Source: Chrysochromulina tobinii (lineage: Eukaryota). From it: 63,380 bases of DNA. Shown here in pieces: positions 1 through 12,601 of the stretch. The stretch's first letter is position 1, and the number at the start of each line of letters is the position of its first letter. The notes under the pieces were generated by a model that saw only the letters and a list, made by a program, of their open reading frames with translations, did no database searches and was not told the DNA's origin. The DNA is taken from assembly GCA_001275005.1 (NCBI GenBank), contig JWZX01003286.1, positions 1 to 63,380 of the forward strand. Direction: 5' to 3'. Position numbers and translations under genes: made by a program.

Positions 1-3000
1 AATGAGCAGGATCTTGCGCACGCATTCGAAGATCTCGAACCAGTACATGCGGAGCTCGTAGCCAGCGGTTAGCTTGCGCTGCGTCGTCGGCAGCTCGTCA
101 CGTAGCTTTGCGAGGACTTTACCGGTGGCCTCGTGCGCTTCCACGGCCTTGCGCACCATCGCATCCGTCTCTTCTGGGGTGGCAGCGGCCTTCGCCTCGA
201 GCTTCGCGAGCGCAAAGTCCGTCTCCCGGGTGAGCTCGATGTGGCGCATCTCCTGGAGCTGGTGGCGCTCAAGGTGGAACATGAGCCCATAGAAGAGGGG
301 CACGCCGATGGGGTAGAGGATGAGCATGACGACGGCGTACACGGTGAAGCCCTGGTAGAATTCTCCCTCGCGGTCAATGGATCGGTCGGCTCGCATCAGG
401 TCCATGTACACCTCCCCGGGCTGGTTATAGGTCTCGCGCATGAAGAACATGAAGGTTATGGAAGAGCAGCTCGGGTAGACGAGGAAGATGATGAAAAACC
501 ACAGATCCGAGCATGCATCGGCGAGGAACGTAGCAGAGCATGCGCGCAGGACTGTGCTCGCGAAGGATAGCAGCAGCACGAGTATGATAGGCGTGGCCGT
601 CTTCAGAACGAGATCGAAGATGAAGTTATCCAGCAACGGAAGAACACATCCAAAGGGCAGCAAGTTGACTTGAATGTTGATGTTCTTGAGGCCCTCAAGG
701 ATGGTGGTGTAGAAGGCAGGGTACGATATGTCAAAGATCACGTCCAGCTGCGAAACAACCTGGCTCAGCGAGATCAAGATCCGGATCTTGACTCCAAGTG
801 AATTCACGACTGACGCGACCGTAGCGCCGACCGTAGCGCCAACCGCCGCCAACGTCGCCAGGTTATTGGCTTCTGTTATTGTGACCGTCCCAGCTGCCCC
901 TTGAATCGTGCCTTTGACCACCCCTTCGGTGACGGCCTTCTGAGCCAGGTGTTTAGCCCCTTGGTACTTTTCAACCCCCGCTTCCTCCTCCTTCTTGGGC
1001 GCGGCAGGGACCTTGGCCCCTCTGCGCTTCCAGAAGGCCGTGGCCAGCACGAGGGCGAGAAGAACGACCACGCCGCCGATGATGTAGAAGGTGATCGTCT
1101 CCATGGGATCGCCCGCGTCGGAGCACGATTGGCAAGGCTCTCCACGGCCGCCAAAGTGCAGCGGATCCTTCACACACAGATCGCACAGCGGCCCAGTGTG
1201 ACCGTCCGCGCACGATGCGTCGCCAGCGAGCCCGCCGCCGAGACACGCCTCCTCCAAGTCGCACATTCGAACGTACAGCGCCCTCGGATTTTGGCGCCAG
1301 TGGCCCGGCATGACGGGGATGGTGTCGAGCGTGACGCCCGGCGCGGTGCAGTTGGTCATCTCAGCGTTGGCATTCTCATGAAGGCTCACACAGGTCACAC
1401 ACTTGAAGGCATCTGGTGCGACGCGGCTGCTGTCGTTGGTAGCCCGCATCATCTCGGCGCGCGTGAGGTTGGCGAACGTGTTTGCCTTGCACACGCATTG
1501 GGAGACCGAGTCGGCGCCTTCCTGCACCGTGGTCGTCCCAGCCACAGGGCAGTCGAGGCACTTTTGGGGTTTAAGAGGGTTGCGGTCGGCGTTCTCGCCC
1601 GTCCAGTCCTTGTACGTGCCTATCTTGCACGCGTCGCAGCGCACGCCGCCGACGAGCTCGCGCCCAGCCGCACAGACGCATTGGGACACATTGCCCGCTG
1701 CATTGAGCTGCTGCACGAAGCTCTGCTCGCACAGGCATTGGCTGACGTTCGTGGCTGCGGTGCCATTGGTAGTTGAGAACTCGGGGCAGCGCAAGCAGGC
1801 TGTTTGGCTGGCGGCGTTTGTGGTCGGGTTGTAAAACCCCTTTTCACACGGAACCTCAATCCCGGCAGTGCACCAGAAGCCCCTCGGGCACACGCGTTGT
1901 CGAATGACAGTCTCGGTCTGCTGGACCACGGTTGCGGTGGGTGCCACGAGGTTGGTCACAGACACACCGAGAGCGGCGCCGAGGACCGCGGGATCGAGGT
2001 TGATGAGAGTAAAGGATGGGGCCACGATAGGCGGACCGCTCGTGGTGACATTGCTGGTGGGGTTGCTGGTGGTAGGATTGGTGATCACCGTCCGAACGAT
2101 GATGGTGTATGTCACGATGGTGGAGCCCGTCTGAAGCCGGCGCCCAGCTGCTGGTGGAGACGGCGACGCCGCCGAAAAGTTGAGCTGAAGGTCCTGCCAC
2201 GGAACGCCGAGCTGTGCGGCGATCGTCTGGCGATACTGAATCTGCAGGGAATCATTGTTCGAGAAGGACGAGAGTGGCGCGTTGAGCGAGAGAGAGCCCG
2301 TGATCGTCTCGACCGTTCGCGTCTCGACCGCGACCACCGGGTTCAGGCCGCCCGTTGGGAGAATGATGGGCTGGGAGCCGAAAGTCACGTTGTCGTTGAT
2401 GTACCCAGGGCACGAGAAGCCCGAAGGGCACGGGATGGGAAACACGCTCCCCGTCGGAGCCCAATAGCCAAAGCCGACCGGCACGCAGCCCGCCTCGGAC
2501 TCGAGACCCGTCCGATTGTTGAACTTTCCGCCAGGGCACGGCACAGGGGTGGAGGCGCCCTCGGCGCAGTAGTAGCCGGGCGTACACGGCTGGCAGGCCG
2601 TGTTGCCCGACATCGACGTGAACTTTCCTCTCGGGCACAGGTCGCACGATTGCGTCCCGGCGGCTGCGCTGAACGAGCCAGGTAGGCAGGGCCTGGGCGT
2701 GGCGGAGCCGACGGAGCAGCTCGTGCCCGCAGGGCAGACGATGCACTCGCTAAGGGAGCCGAGGTAGCCGGTGAGAGTGAGCACGGTCTGGTTCGCGTGG
2801 GTGCCGCCCGGGCAGGGCTGCGGCGCGCTCGCGCCCTCGACGCACAGGAAGCCCGGCGTGCACGGCTGGCAGGCCGTGTTGCCCGACGTCGACGTGAACT
2901 TTCCTCTCGGGCACAGGTCGCAAATGGACATGCCGTTTTGCGCAGCATACGAGCCGGGAAGGCATGCTTTGCAAGCCGAGGCCGCAGTCGATTGGGGCAC

Positions 3001-6000
3001 GGGGTTGGCTGTGCCAGCGGGGCAAGAGTGGCACGAGGTATTTGTCGACGATCCCTCGACAGGGTTGTAGGTGCCCGCAGGGCACTGTGAGAAGGTCAGG
3101 CTCAGGGCAGCAGCGCCAGCCATGGGGCAGAAGCCGCCGCGAGGGCAAGCCGAGCACGCGACCGAGCGCAACGTGGACGAATAGGTTCCTGGTGCGCAGG
3201 GTGTGCATGCGGTCGCACCAGACGTCGGGTTGTATGAGCCCGGGAGGCAGGGCAAGCACGTAGATGGATCAAAGAGGCCCTGGAAGCTCACGTACTCCCC
3301 CGGAGAGCAGGGGATGCAGCTGGTGCCTGTGGCCGCGTGGCGCTTGCCCGCGGGGCAGCGCGTGCACCGGGCTGCGCCGAGAACGCGCTCGCTGCCCTCC
3401 GTGCAAGCGACGCACGCGCCAGAGGCATCGCGCTGGGTGTGCTCCTCGCACTCGTAGCAGACGTCGGAGACGTCGTCGCGGCGTGAGGATGGAGACGGGC
3501 AGCGCACGCATCCGTTGCCGTAGCGGCTGCGTGCGGTGCCAGGGTCGGAGCACCTGATGTTGGGCAGCACTAGGCTGGGACTGGCGTCGTTATCCAAATA
3601 GTTTCCAAGCAGCACGTCGAGGTCGCCGTCGCCGTCGACATCCGCCGCCGCGATCGAGTACGTGGACGCGATGCCTAGCTCGATGCTCGTCGGGAACGTG
3701 CCGTCGCCCGCGTTGAGCAGCACTCGGCTTTGACTGAGACTGTTCCCAAGCAGCACGTCGAGGTCGCCGTCGCCGTCGACATCCGCCGCCGCGATCGAGT
3801 ACGTGGACGCGCTGCCACCGGGCAGCGCGATGCTCGTCGGGAAGGTGCCGCGGCCCGCGTTGAGCAGCACTCGGCTGGGGCTATTACTGCCATAGATCCC
3901 AAGCAGCACGTCGAGGTCGCCGTCGCCGTCGACGTCCGCCGCCGCGATCGAGAACGCGGTCGCGTAGCCGCCTGGCAGCTCGATGCTCGTCGGGAAGCTG
4001 CCGCCGCCCGCGTTGAGCAGCACTCGGCTGGGAGGGCCATAGTTCCCAAGCAGCACGTCGAGGTCGCCGTCGCCGTCGACGTCCGCCGCCGCGATCGAGT
4101 TCGTGTACGCGCTGTCACCGGGCAGCTCGATGCTCGTCGGGAAGCTGCCGCCGCCCGCGTTGAGCAGCACTTGGCTGGGACTGAGATAGTTCCCAAGCAG
4201 CACGTCGAGGTCGCCGTCGCCGTCGACGTCCGCCGCCGCGATCGAGTTCGTGTACGCGCTGCCGCCGGGCAGCTCGATGCTCGTCGGGAAGCTGCCGCCG
4301 CCCGCGTTGAGCAGCACTCTGGAAATGCCATAGTTCCCAAGCAGCACGTCGAGGTCGCCGTCGCCGTCGATGTCCGCCGCCGCTATCGAGCGCGTACCCG
4401 CGCTGCCGCCGGGCAGCTCGATGCTCGTCGGGAAGGTGCCACCGCCCGCGTTGAGCAGCACTCGGCTGGGACTGTTAGCGTTCCCAAGCAGCACGTCGAG
4501 GTCGCCGTCGCCGTCGACGTCCGCCGCCGCGATCGAGTACGTGTACGCGGAGCCGCCGGGCAGCGCGATGCGCGTCGGGAACGTGCCGCCGCCGCCCGCG
4601 TTGAGCAGCACTCGGGCTGGACCGATAAATGAGCCCATCTCCTTCCCAAGCAGCACGTCGAGGTCGCCGTCGCCGTCGACGTCCGCCGCCGCGATCGAGA
4701 GCGTGGACCTGCCGCCGGGCAGCTCGATCATCGTTGGGAACGTGCCGTCGCCCGCGTTGAGCAGCACTCGGCTGGGAATGTCATTGTTCCCAAGCAGCAC
4801 GTCGAGGTCGCCGTCGCCGTCGACGTCCGCCGCCGCGATCGAGGCCGTGTTCGTGCTGCCGCCGGGCAGCACGAGGCTCGTCCAGGAGGTGCCGCCGCCC
4901 GCGTTGAGCAGCACTTGGCTTGGATTGTAACGGTTCCCAAGCAGCACGTCGAGGTCGCCGTCGCCGTCGACGTCCGCCGCCGCGATCGAGTTCGTGTACG
5001 CGCTGCTGCCGGGCAGCGCGATGCTCGTCGGGAAGCTGCCGCCGCCCGCGTTGAGCAGCACTCGGCAGGGACTGCCATTGTGCCCAAGCAGCACGTCGAG
5101 GTCGCCGTCGCCGTCAACGTCCGCCGCCGCGATCGAGTACGTGTACGCGACGCCGCCGGGCAGCTCGATGCTCGTCGGGAAGCTGCCGCCGCCCGCGTTG
5201 AGCAGCACTCGGCTGGGACTGCCCTCGTTCCCAAGGAGCACGTCGAGGTCGCCGTCGCCGTCGACGTCCGCCGCCGCGATCGAGTGCGTGTTCGCGCTGC
5301 CGCCGGGCAGCTCGATGCTCGTCGGGAAGGTGCCGTCGCCTGCGTTGAGCAGCACTCGGCTGGGACTGCCATAGATCCCAAGCAGCACGTCGAGGTCGCC
5401 GTCGCCGTCGACGTCCGCCGCCGCGATCGAGTACGTGGACGCGCTGCCGCCGGGCAGCTCGATGCTCGTCGGGAAGCTGCCGCCGCCCGCGTTGAGCAGC
5501 ACTCGGCTGGGACTGCCACTGTTCCCAAGCAGCACGTCGAGGTCGCCGTCGCCGTCGACGTCCGCCGCCGCGATCGAGTACGTGTTCGCGCTGCCGCCGG
5601 GTAGGACGCGTTCCGCAAACTGAAGCACTGCCCCAGTGGTGCCCAGTGGTTCGTTCCCCGTTCTCGCCATGGGCTTGGGCAGGCGCAGGCATCCGGTCTC
5701 ATTGCTCAAAGAGGAGCACGCTGGCGGCAAGAGCGCCGCTCGGGCTCCCGGTGCGGGCTTCGCACGCGCGGGCCTGGGCATGGCGACACAGCCCACTTGC
5801 CCCGGTGCCGAGCAATTGGGCGGTGCGAACGCTGTCGGGCGGCCGCCAGGCTGGAGGTCCCGCACATAGTCCCGGGGGGGAGGGTACTGCCGTCGACCTT
5901 GGGTTGCCTCGAGAGCCCAGCCGGGCAGAGCCGGTCTGGGCGGCTGTGCTGGCGGTGCTGGTGGGCGTGCGGGTGGCAAGGGCGGCGAGGGCGGGGGCAG

Positions 6001-6789
6001 CGGGGGGCCCCAAGGTGGCGGTGGCGGCGGTGGGAGCGCAGGTGGACGCGGCGGCGGTGCCATGCCTGGTGGATAAGGCGGCAACACTCGAGGGCCGCAG
6101 TCGGTGCAGTCGGTGCCGTAGGTGCAGTACGAAAACTCGGATCCGGGTCCACCGTCGTTGCAGATGCCATTTGAGGCTTCAATGCACATCTCCGTGCAGG
6201 CCTGCGCGCTGGCGAAGCCCACCATCAGGGCGAGGAGGAGGATGCGGGCGAGCTGAGGTGCGGACCCAAAGCGGCCCGCAGAGCCGCGCCGAGCAGAGGG
6301 TCGGCACGAGGGAGAGGGCGGCGGCGGCCCGTGCATAGTGACGAGGACCGAGGCGCCAAGGTGCGCCGCAAACGCCTGGACGGCACCGTACAGAACCACA
6401 CAGAGCAGACCGAGCATCGCCAGCAGGCCGGGAAGAATGGCCGCGGCCGTCGCGACAAGGTTGGCACCCGTCGTGGACGAGCGCGCGTACGGCATGGGAC
6501 CCGGAGCCGTCTCGTGCGCCACCTCCGAGATTACCTCCGAGATTACCTCCGAGAACGGCATGGAACCCGGAGCCGTCTCGTGCGCCACCTCCGCGATGTT
6601 GACGTTGCTCTTTGCCTTGAAGGCATCAAGCAGCCCGCCCAGGTACCTGATGATGGAGACCATCAGCATTGTCTGGATATCGTCGAGCGTCGGGTGCATC
6701 TTCGCGCACTTCATTGGAGAGCGACTTCGTCGAGCGGCCGGCCAGAAGGTCTTGTCTTGCGAGGGCTGCGCGCAGGCACGAGAAACGTG
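1..6789 (-). CDS. Giant surface receptor/adhesin, C-terminus beyond the window. Architecture: Cys motif, Pro-rich linker, 14 FG-GAP/VCBS blades, ephrin-receptor/TNFR-like Cys-rich repeats, SEA-like stalk with RRLQ, multi-pass TM domain
   Basis: Manual minus-strand translation is open from 6789 to base 1 (absent from the ORF track because no stop lies in the window; first Met 6714). Motifs: CTEMCIEASNGICNDGGPGSEFSYCTYGTDCTDCGPR; SIAAADVDGDGDLDVLLGN x14; CLPGSY/CPAGTY/CPRGKF repeats; GHTGPLCDLC; KIRILISLSQV; YELRMYWFEIFECVRKILLI. Confidence 0.88.
3565..5610 (-). repeat. 14 tandem ~141-162-nt coding repeats (FG-GAP blades; probably two 7-bladed propellers)
   Basis: The core agcacgtcgaggtcgccgtcgccgtc recurs at about 3610, 3751, 3904, 4051, 4198, 4342, 4489, 4651, 4795, 4942, 5089, 5236, 5383 and 5530. 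Confidence 0.95.
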
Positions 6790-6924
6790 TCAGCTGGGGC
6801 ACGGGCGTTGGAGTGGAAGCGGGCTGTGCGAGTGGCAGGCAATGGTGTGTGCGGTGTAGATGCAGGTGAGTGCTACACGGGTGAGTGGGCTGGCGTCGTG
6901 CGGGAGGCGGTGATGTGGTGGACC

Positions 6925-7847
6925 CGTGCCGAGAGGCGGCGCCGGCGTGGAGGCCGCGGTGGTGCTTGCTGTGGCTGTCATGGCGCCGATGACCAGGACG
7001 GAGTCGACGGGGCCGTTCTCGATGGCGAGCGGGTCGAGCAGTGCGCCGACGGGGCCGCTCCCTCGAGGACGACCGCGCCCGGCTCACAGGCACATGCGCC
7101 GCCTGGGCCAAGCGGCAGAGCCCGCGGGCGTGACGGCAGCCGGATCATCGTGACCGTGGTGTCGACGTCGCGCCTGCCGGTCGTGGCGCAGATTTCAAGG
7201 GCGCGGTGGCCGTCGAGCCCGACCGCTCGCAGCTGCGGCTGCCTGCACCGGGGGAGCAACGCGCAAGCCGTCAGCAAAACAGGCGAGGAGGCGCGCTAGC
7301 AAGTGCCGATGGCGAGCGCAAATTGTGTCGCGCGGAGGCTGGCGCGCCTCTCGGCGGGCTCGTAAGTTGGGGGGCAGGCGCGGCAGCGGACGGCGCGCGC
7401 GCGCGCGCGTGCACCTGCAGCATGTGCGCCGGTCTTGCGCGCCCGCGCGCAGCGGCAGGGCCGACCGAAAGCTGCGCGCGCTGCATGCGTTGCTGCCGGC
7501 CGGGCCGGGGGGCACACCTGCGTGCGAAGGGTTGGTGTCCCTGGGCTCGAAGAGGTTGGTGACGAGGTTGATCGCGGGGTGGGCCGTCTTGCCCGTGCTC
7601 TAGCGCCGCGGCGCGTGCATGGTGATGTGTGCGCGTGGGTGTTGTGCGTGCGCGGAGTGGAGTGGAGGGGCTGTTGTGTTGTCTCTTGTGGCGCGGCTGG
7701 GAGAAGAGGGCGGGACTCGGGCAGAGATTGCACCTCGAACTGAAGCGAATTTTGCACCTCGAACTGAAAGGCGTTGGCCTCCTGCTCGTCGAACGCCGCC
7801 GGCAAGGCGACGACGAGTGGTAATGCGACGATCAGAAGGCGCAGCAT
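6925..7847 (-). CDS. Putative upstream exons of the receptor gene, or a separate secreted protein
   Basis: Signal-like start MLRLLIVALPLVVALPAAF at 7847. Coding-like segment ACACEPGAVVLEGAAP / VGALLDPLAIENGPVDSVLVIGAM needs a 1-nt shift near 7055. Exon structure is unresolved. Confidence 0.35.
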
Positions 7848-8590
7848 GATCTCGAGGCTCTCGGGTTTGGTGTCTTGTAGTGTCAGCGAGGATGTAGCCT
7901 GCGTAGGAAGGCGGGCAGGCGGGTGGCGCGCGATGAGGCGCGCGAAGTCGATCGCAAGCGTGCGGCCACTGGGTTGGCTCGCTTACGTTCCAGCACAAGA
8001 AGGACCAGCAATGTGTTTCATGTTCTGAACAGTACAGTGCCGGTACCGGTACTGTACAGAAATCGCTACCATACAATACTGACCCGAGCGGCGCTGCGCT
8101 GAGCGCGCGCGCGCGCGCGCCGCGCGCTGCAGCTCTCATATAACGCGTGAGGAGTCCCTAACGCGTAAGGATTCAGTATGACCCTGTTACATGTATGATG
8201 TATCCCGACTCCGAACGCATGCGCACACAAGTGCGCACATCACGCTTACAACGCACGATGGAGTGCCACGTTGCAGGCTAGTTGCAGGCTGTTGCAGTCA
8301 AGTTCGCAAGATGACGCAGTACCTTCAACTAAGTGTGAAATAGTATCAGCAGAGGTATCAGAGGACCACCCGGGGCGGCATACGGTGGAGCCCAAAGGGC
8401 ATTAATTAAGTTACACCCCGAATCTATTCCTCTGTTGAAGGCCCACGCCCCGCCTCAACTTGCCTCAACACCTACATGTAATCCTGCTGCCCTCCCAATG
8501 CTACGCCAACCCCGGACCGCCGTACCGGTACCCTTCCATTCACACGTTCACGAGTTCGTTCACGCATCCCGTCCGCGCCAACGTTGGACA

Positions 8591-9270
8591 ATGGCGGCGT
8601 GGATCACGAGTGCCATCCAGGAGACGGCGCTGCCAAATACGCCATGGAACCTGGTGGAGGTGGAGATGCTTGAGCGACTGGCCGCCATCCTCGCCGAGGA
8701 GCACCCAAAGTGGTGCGCGAAGGCGCCAGGCGAGATGTCTGCCGAGGAGTTGCTCAAGCCAGCGGCGGACGGCGCGAAGGCGATTCTGGCAGAGCAGGCC
8801 AAGCGCCTTTCTCGGCATCGTCAGACGTTGGAGAATATGGCAGTGCTCGCGTTGAGCGTCCACCGTACGAAGAACAGGCTCAAGAGCCAGGGTGCCAAGA
8901 ACTTAAAGGCGCAGCTCAAGCTGGCAGCGATCGCACGAGAGGAGGAGCGCGAGCGGGGGCAGGCCAAGGCGGACGAGGAGCGCAAGGCGCGGGCCGAACG
9001 GGCCAAGGCAAAGGCTGAGACGAAGGCAGCCAAGGCCGAGGCCAAAGGAAAGAAGAAGAACAAGGACGATACGGATGACGACGATGACGACGATGACGAC
9101 GATGATGACGACGACGACGACGACGATGACGATGACGACGACGACGACGACGAGGAGGAGGACGACGAGGACGACGACGATGACGACGATGACGATGACG
9201 AGGATGAGGATGAGGATGAGGACGATGAGGACGATGATGACGACGATGACGACGATGACGACGACGACGA

Positions 9271-9303
<33 letters not shown>

Positions 9304-12300
9304 AGACGACAAGGACGACGAGGACAAAGATCAGCTCAAGCCGCTCAAGCACGTGAAGCACCACGACGGCGCGCCCAATGCTGCGCTCACGATCGAGCAG
9401 AGCCGCAAGGATAGGCTATGGGTGAGCATCGTCACTGGTTACCAGCGAGCTGTTGATGTAGAGCGTGCGGCCTTTGCGCCCGGATGGTTATCCAAGATGC
9501 CTGAGGCTTACCTCAAGGGCCTCGAGGAGGCCGATGCGGCGCGCGCCAAGAAGGCGGCAGAGATGGCTGTGCCGGCAAAGTCGGGCAACGTGCAGGCCAA
9601 GTCGGGCAAGAAGGCAGCAGAGACGGCCGTCGACCTCAATGTGGACCCGAAGCTGCGTGGAGAGTTTCAGACTATCGAGGGCAACTTGTTGGCCATTGGG
9701 CAGCGGCTGAGTAAGAGGCGGTTCGTGCACGTGCGCCGACATCCTGAGGTGATGGAGAACCTGCAGCTCCTGTTTGCCTCTTATTGCCCTGATGACCTCT
9801 GAGTGTCCTGATTGCCTCTATTTGCCACTAATTGCCCTCTAATTGCCTCCTCGAGGCAGGTGTTAGAGAATCTGGAGCCGGTGGTCCGACGCGCCGTCGT
9901 GAGCAAGTCGGCCGTGAAGATGCTCACTGTGTTGCAGATGATTGACCCACCCGAGCTGACCGCGGAGGAGGCCGAGGCTCAGGCGGCGGCCATAGCGGCC
10001 AAGCCGGCCATCGGCTCAAAGTGGAAGAAGGTGTGATGGCCTCTTGATGGCCTCTTGATGGCCTCTTGATGGCCTCTTGATGGCCTCTTGATGGCCTCTT
10101 GATGGCCTCTTGATGGCCTCTTGATGGCATCTGATTGCATTTGAATTGCCTCTTGATGGCCTCTTGATGGCCTCTTGATGGCCTCTTGATGGCCTCTTGA
10201 TGGCATCTGATTGCATTTGAATTGCCTCTTGATGGCCTCTTGATGGCATCTGATTGCATTTGAATCGCCTCTTGAGTGCGCCCCGGAGCGCCCATAATCG
10301 CCATTCGAATGCCTCTGGTTCCACAGGTGGGCATTGGGTACTTGATTGCACTTGAGTGCATCCCTGATCGCCTTCGAACCCCTGTTTCCACAGGTTGGCA
10401 AGCGCAAGCCCGGAAAGGGGAAGGAGCTTGTGTGCGAAGTGCTCGCGACGGCGCTTAAGGCCAAGCAGACGTTCACACGAGAAGAGCTCACTCAGATGAG
10501 GCTCAAGGACCTCAAGGTCGACAGCTTCATCAAGGTGATTGCGATTGATTGCACTGGATTGCACCCAAATTAGGCTCAAGGTGATTGCGCTTGATTGCAC
10601 CCAAATTAGGCTCAAGGTGATTGCGCTTGATTGCACCCAAATTAGGCTCGGATGGTTTGTAGCCTTCGATGGCCTCCGATTGCAGGGCGGCGTTCAGTAC
10701 TTGATTGCACTTGATTGCACTTGATTGCACCTGTTTGCAGGTGGGCAACGAGTACTTCGAGCAGGCGGTCCCTCCGGACACAACATCCACTGATGCGGCC
10801 GGCACGGCCGGCACAGCCGGCGCCGCGCCCCTTTCATCCCAACGGCTACTGTTCGAGGCGCATGTGAAGCTCGTCGTCCAGCGGGCTCTCTGGCAGGAGG
10901 CCCGAACCAGGGTCCTCGCGCAGCAGCAGCAGCAGCAGGCGGAGGCGGCGGAGGCGGCGGCACTGGGCTTCTTGACAGCAACTGCAGCGACTGCAGCGAC
11001 TGCAGCTACAGCGACTGCAGCTGATGGGATGATTCGGCGAGGCACTGAGATGAAGACGACCTTCCACACCCTCAAGGGGCTGATCGGCGAGGCGGTGGCT
11101 GCTGGTCTCGCTGCGGTGATTTCACCTGCGTGTGATCCTGATCGCACCTGATTCACATGATGGCCTCCCTCATCTGGCACCCCTTGATTGCCTCCCTTGA
11201 TTGCCTCCCTTGATTGCCTCCCTTGATTGCCTCCCTCATCAGGTACCCTCGTTCAAGAGCAAGCTCTTGTCGATCAGCGGCATCGAGCTGCCCTCATCGC
11301 TGCGCGCCCAGGTGTGGCAGACGACGCTGCTCTTGCCCACCGAGCTCGAGCACTGCGAGCACCGATTGCGCGGCTCGACGCTCGCGGCGCTCGCGGCGGG
11401 CCACACGAGCTCGGGTCACTCGAGAGCCCTCTCCACCGCCGAGATGGCTGTGAACACCGCCGAGATGGCTGTGAAGCTCGAAGCCTCGACGGACCTCCCG
11501 ATGAGGATGCTCGCGCGCGGCCTGGCGATGTTTGACGAGCCCGCCCGCGCCGTCGTGGGCACAGGCGTCGTCGTGAGCGCCACCTCGCCGGCTTTGTTGA
11601 GCGGCAGCAGCGGCACCTCGGCGTCGCTCAGCAGCCGCAGCAGCTCCGACGCCATACGTGAGGAGACGGAAGGTCGAGCGTGCGCGCTCCTGCTGCAAGC
11701 TCATGAGTGCTCCGCCGCTGTCCCCATATCGTTGGGCTCGCTCGCCATCGCCATCGCCCTCGGCGTCCCCGCCCCGGAGCATCCCCACAAGGGGCAGCCG
11801 CTCGCCGATCGCCCCCGGCCGCCCCCAAAGCTCGCGCCGGTACAGCGCCCTCTCGAGCCCCCCTCCGTGGCGATGCTGCTACGTGCCCATTCCTTCGGCG
11901 TCGCCGAGTCGCGGCGCGCGGCGCAGCATCCAGAGAAGGGCGTGCAGGCCTTGCTTGAGCAGCGCTGGCCGCGCCTTCTCAAGCACCTGCATGCCATCTG
12001 CGCTCGGGAGGACCTGGCTGACGTGCATCGGCGCGCGAGGGCCATCGAGTATGGCGTGCAGGCGCCTCGGACCGAATTGCAGAAGGTGATTGACGAAGAG
12101 TGGCTGCTGCATGGCTTCGTGGGCGCCCTGCCTGTGAACGCGATGCTGTGGGCGTGGGACCAGTTCGCTCTCCAAGGGTGGTCCTTCGCCGCCGAGCTCG
12201 CCGCGTGCTGCTTCTGGCTGGTTCGGCTCGAGGTTCGACGGCTCGACCACGCGGGGGCCGGTGCGACAGAGCTACGAGGGGTGATGCGCACGCAGCTACG

Positions 12301-12436
12301 ACAGGAGGAACACACTCTCCATCAGCTCATGACGCTCCTCGCCCGCTCGAGTGAGCAGACGAGGTCGTCTACACCTGGGCAGGCGGTCGGTGCGCCCCCC
12401 CAGGTGATGATCCGCGTACCCTACTGCTTTCAGTGA
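8591..12436 (+). CDS. 5-exon protein with a long Asp/Glu tract and a C-terminal Rab-GAP TBC-like domain
   Basis: Exons 8591-9748, 9860-10030, 10394-10534, 10741-11115 and 11243-12436 join in frame via GT-AG introns. TBC-like motifs: LPSSLRAQVWQ, LLEQRWPRLLKHL, EWLLHGFVGALPVNAMLWAWDQF. Confidence 0.7.
9063..9330 (+). repeat. (GAY/GAG)n coding microsatellite encoding ~85 acidic residues
   Basis: Direct gacgacgat... run inside the CDS. Confidence 0.95.
10034..10275 (+). repeat. Intronic 11-nt tandem array (TGATGGCCTCT)n with interspersed ATCTGATTGCATTTGAATTG units
   Basis: Visible directly in intron 10031-10393. Confidence 0.95.
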
Positions 12437-12601
12437 GGGCCGCGCCGCGCAAGCAGCAACGATCCGATCGCGCAGCGGGTCGGGCCCGAGGGCTCAGAGT
12501 CGCACTGTGTGTAGTTCAACGTATCGACACGCATACGAACTAAGTTCTGAGACTTTGTATTCTCGTAGAAGTAGAAACTGGAATTTGGTCCTACGCTCGG
12601 A

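Noticed and set aside
3565..5610. CRISPR-like repeat/spacer appearance
   Set aside because: The units are in-frame FG-GAP coding repeats with homologous 'spacers', in a eukaryotic gene, with no cas genes.
3675..5702. Repetitive ORFs listed in the track (e.g. 3730..4632, 4728..5702)
   Set aside because: Shadow frames of the real minus-strand receptor ORF.
8821..9364. Poly-Ser, poly-Val and poly-Thr ORFs
   Set aside because: Alternative frames of the GAY microsatellite.
9924..10636. ORFs with RGHQEAIKRPS / IRGHQRSSEV / LKCNQ repeats (also 15004-15512, 45880-46421, 53468-53839)
   Set aside because: Antisense translations of intronic tandem arrays, not proteins.
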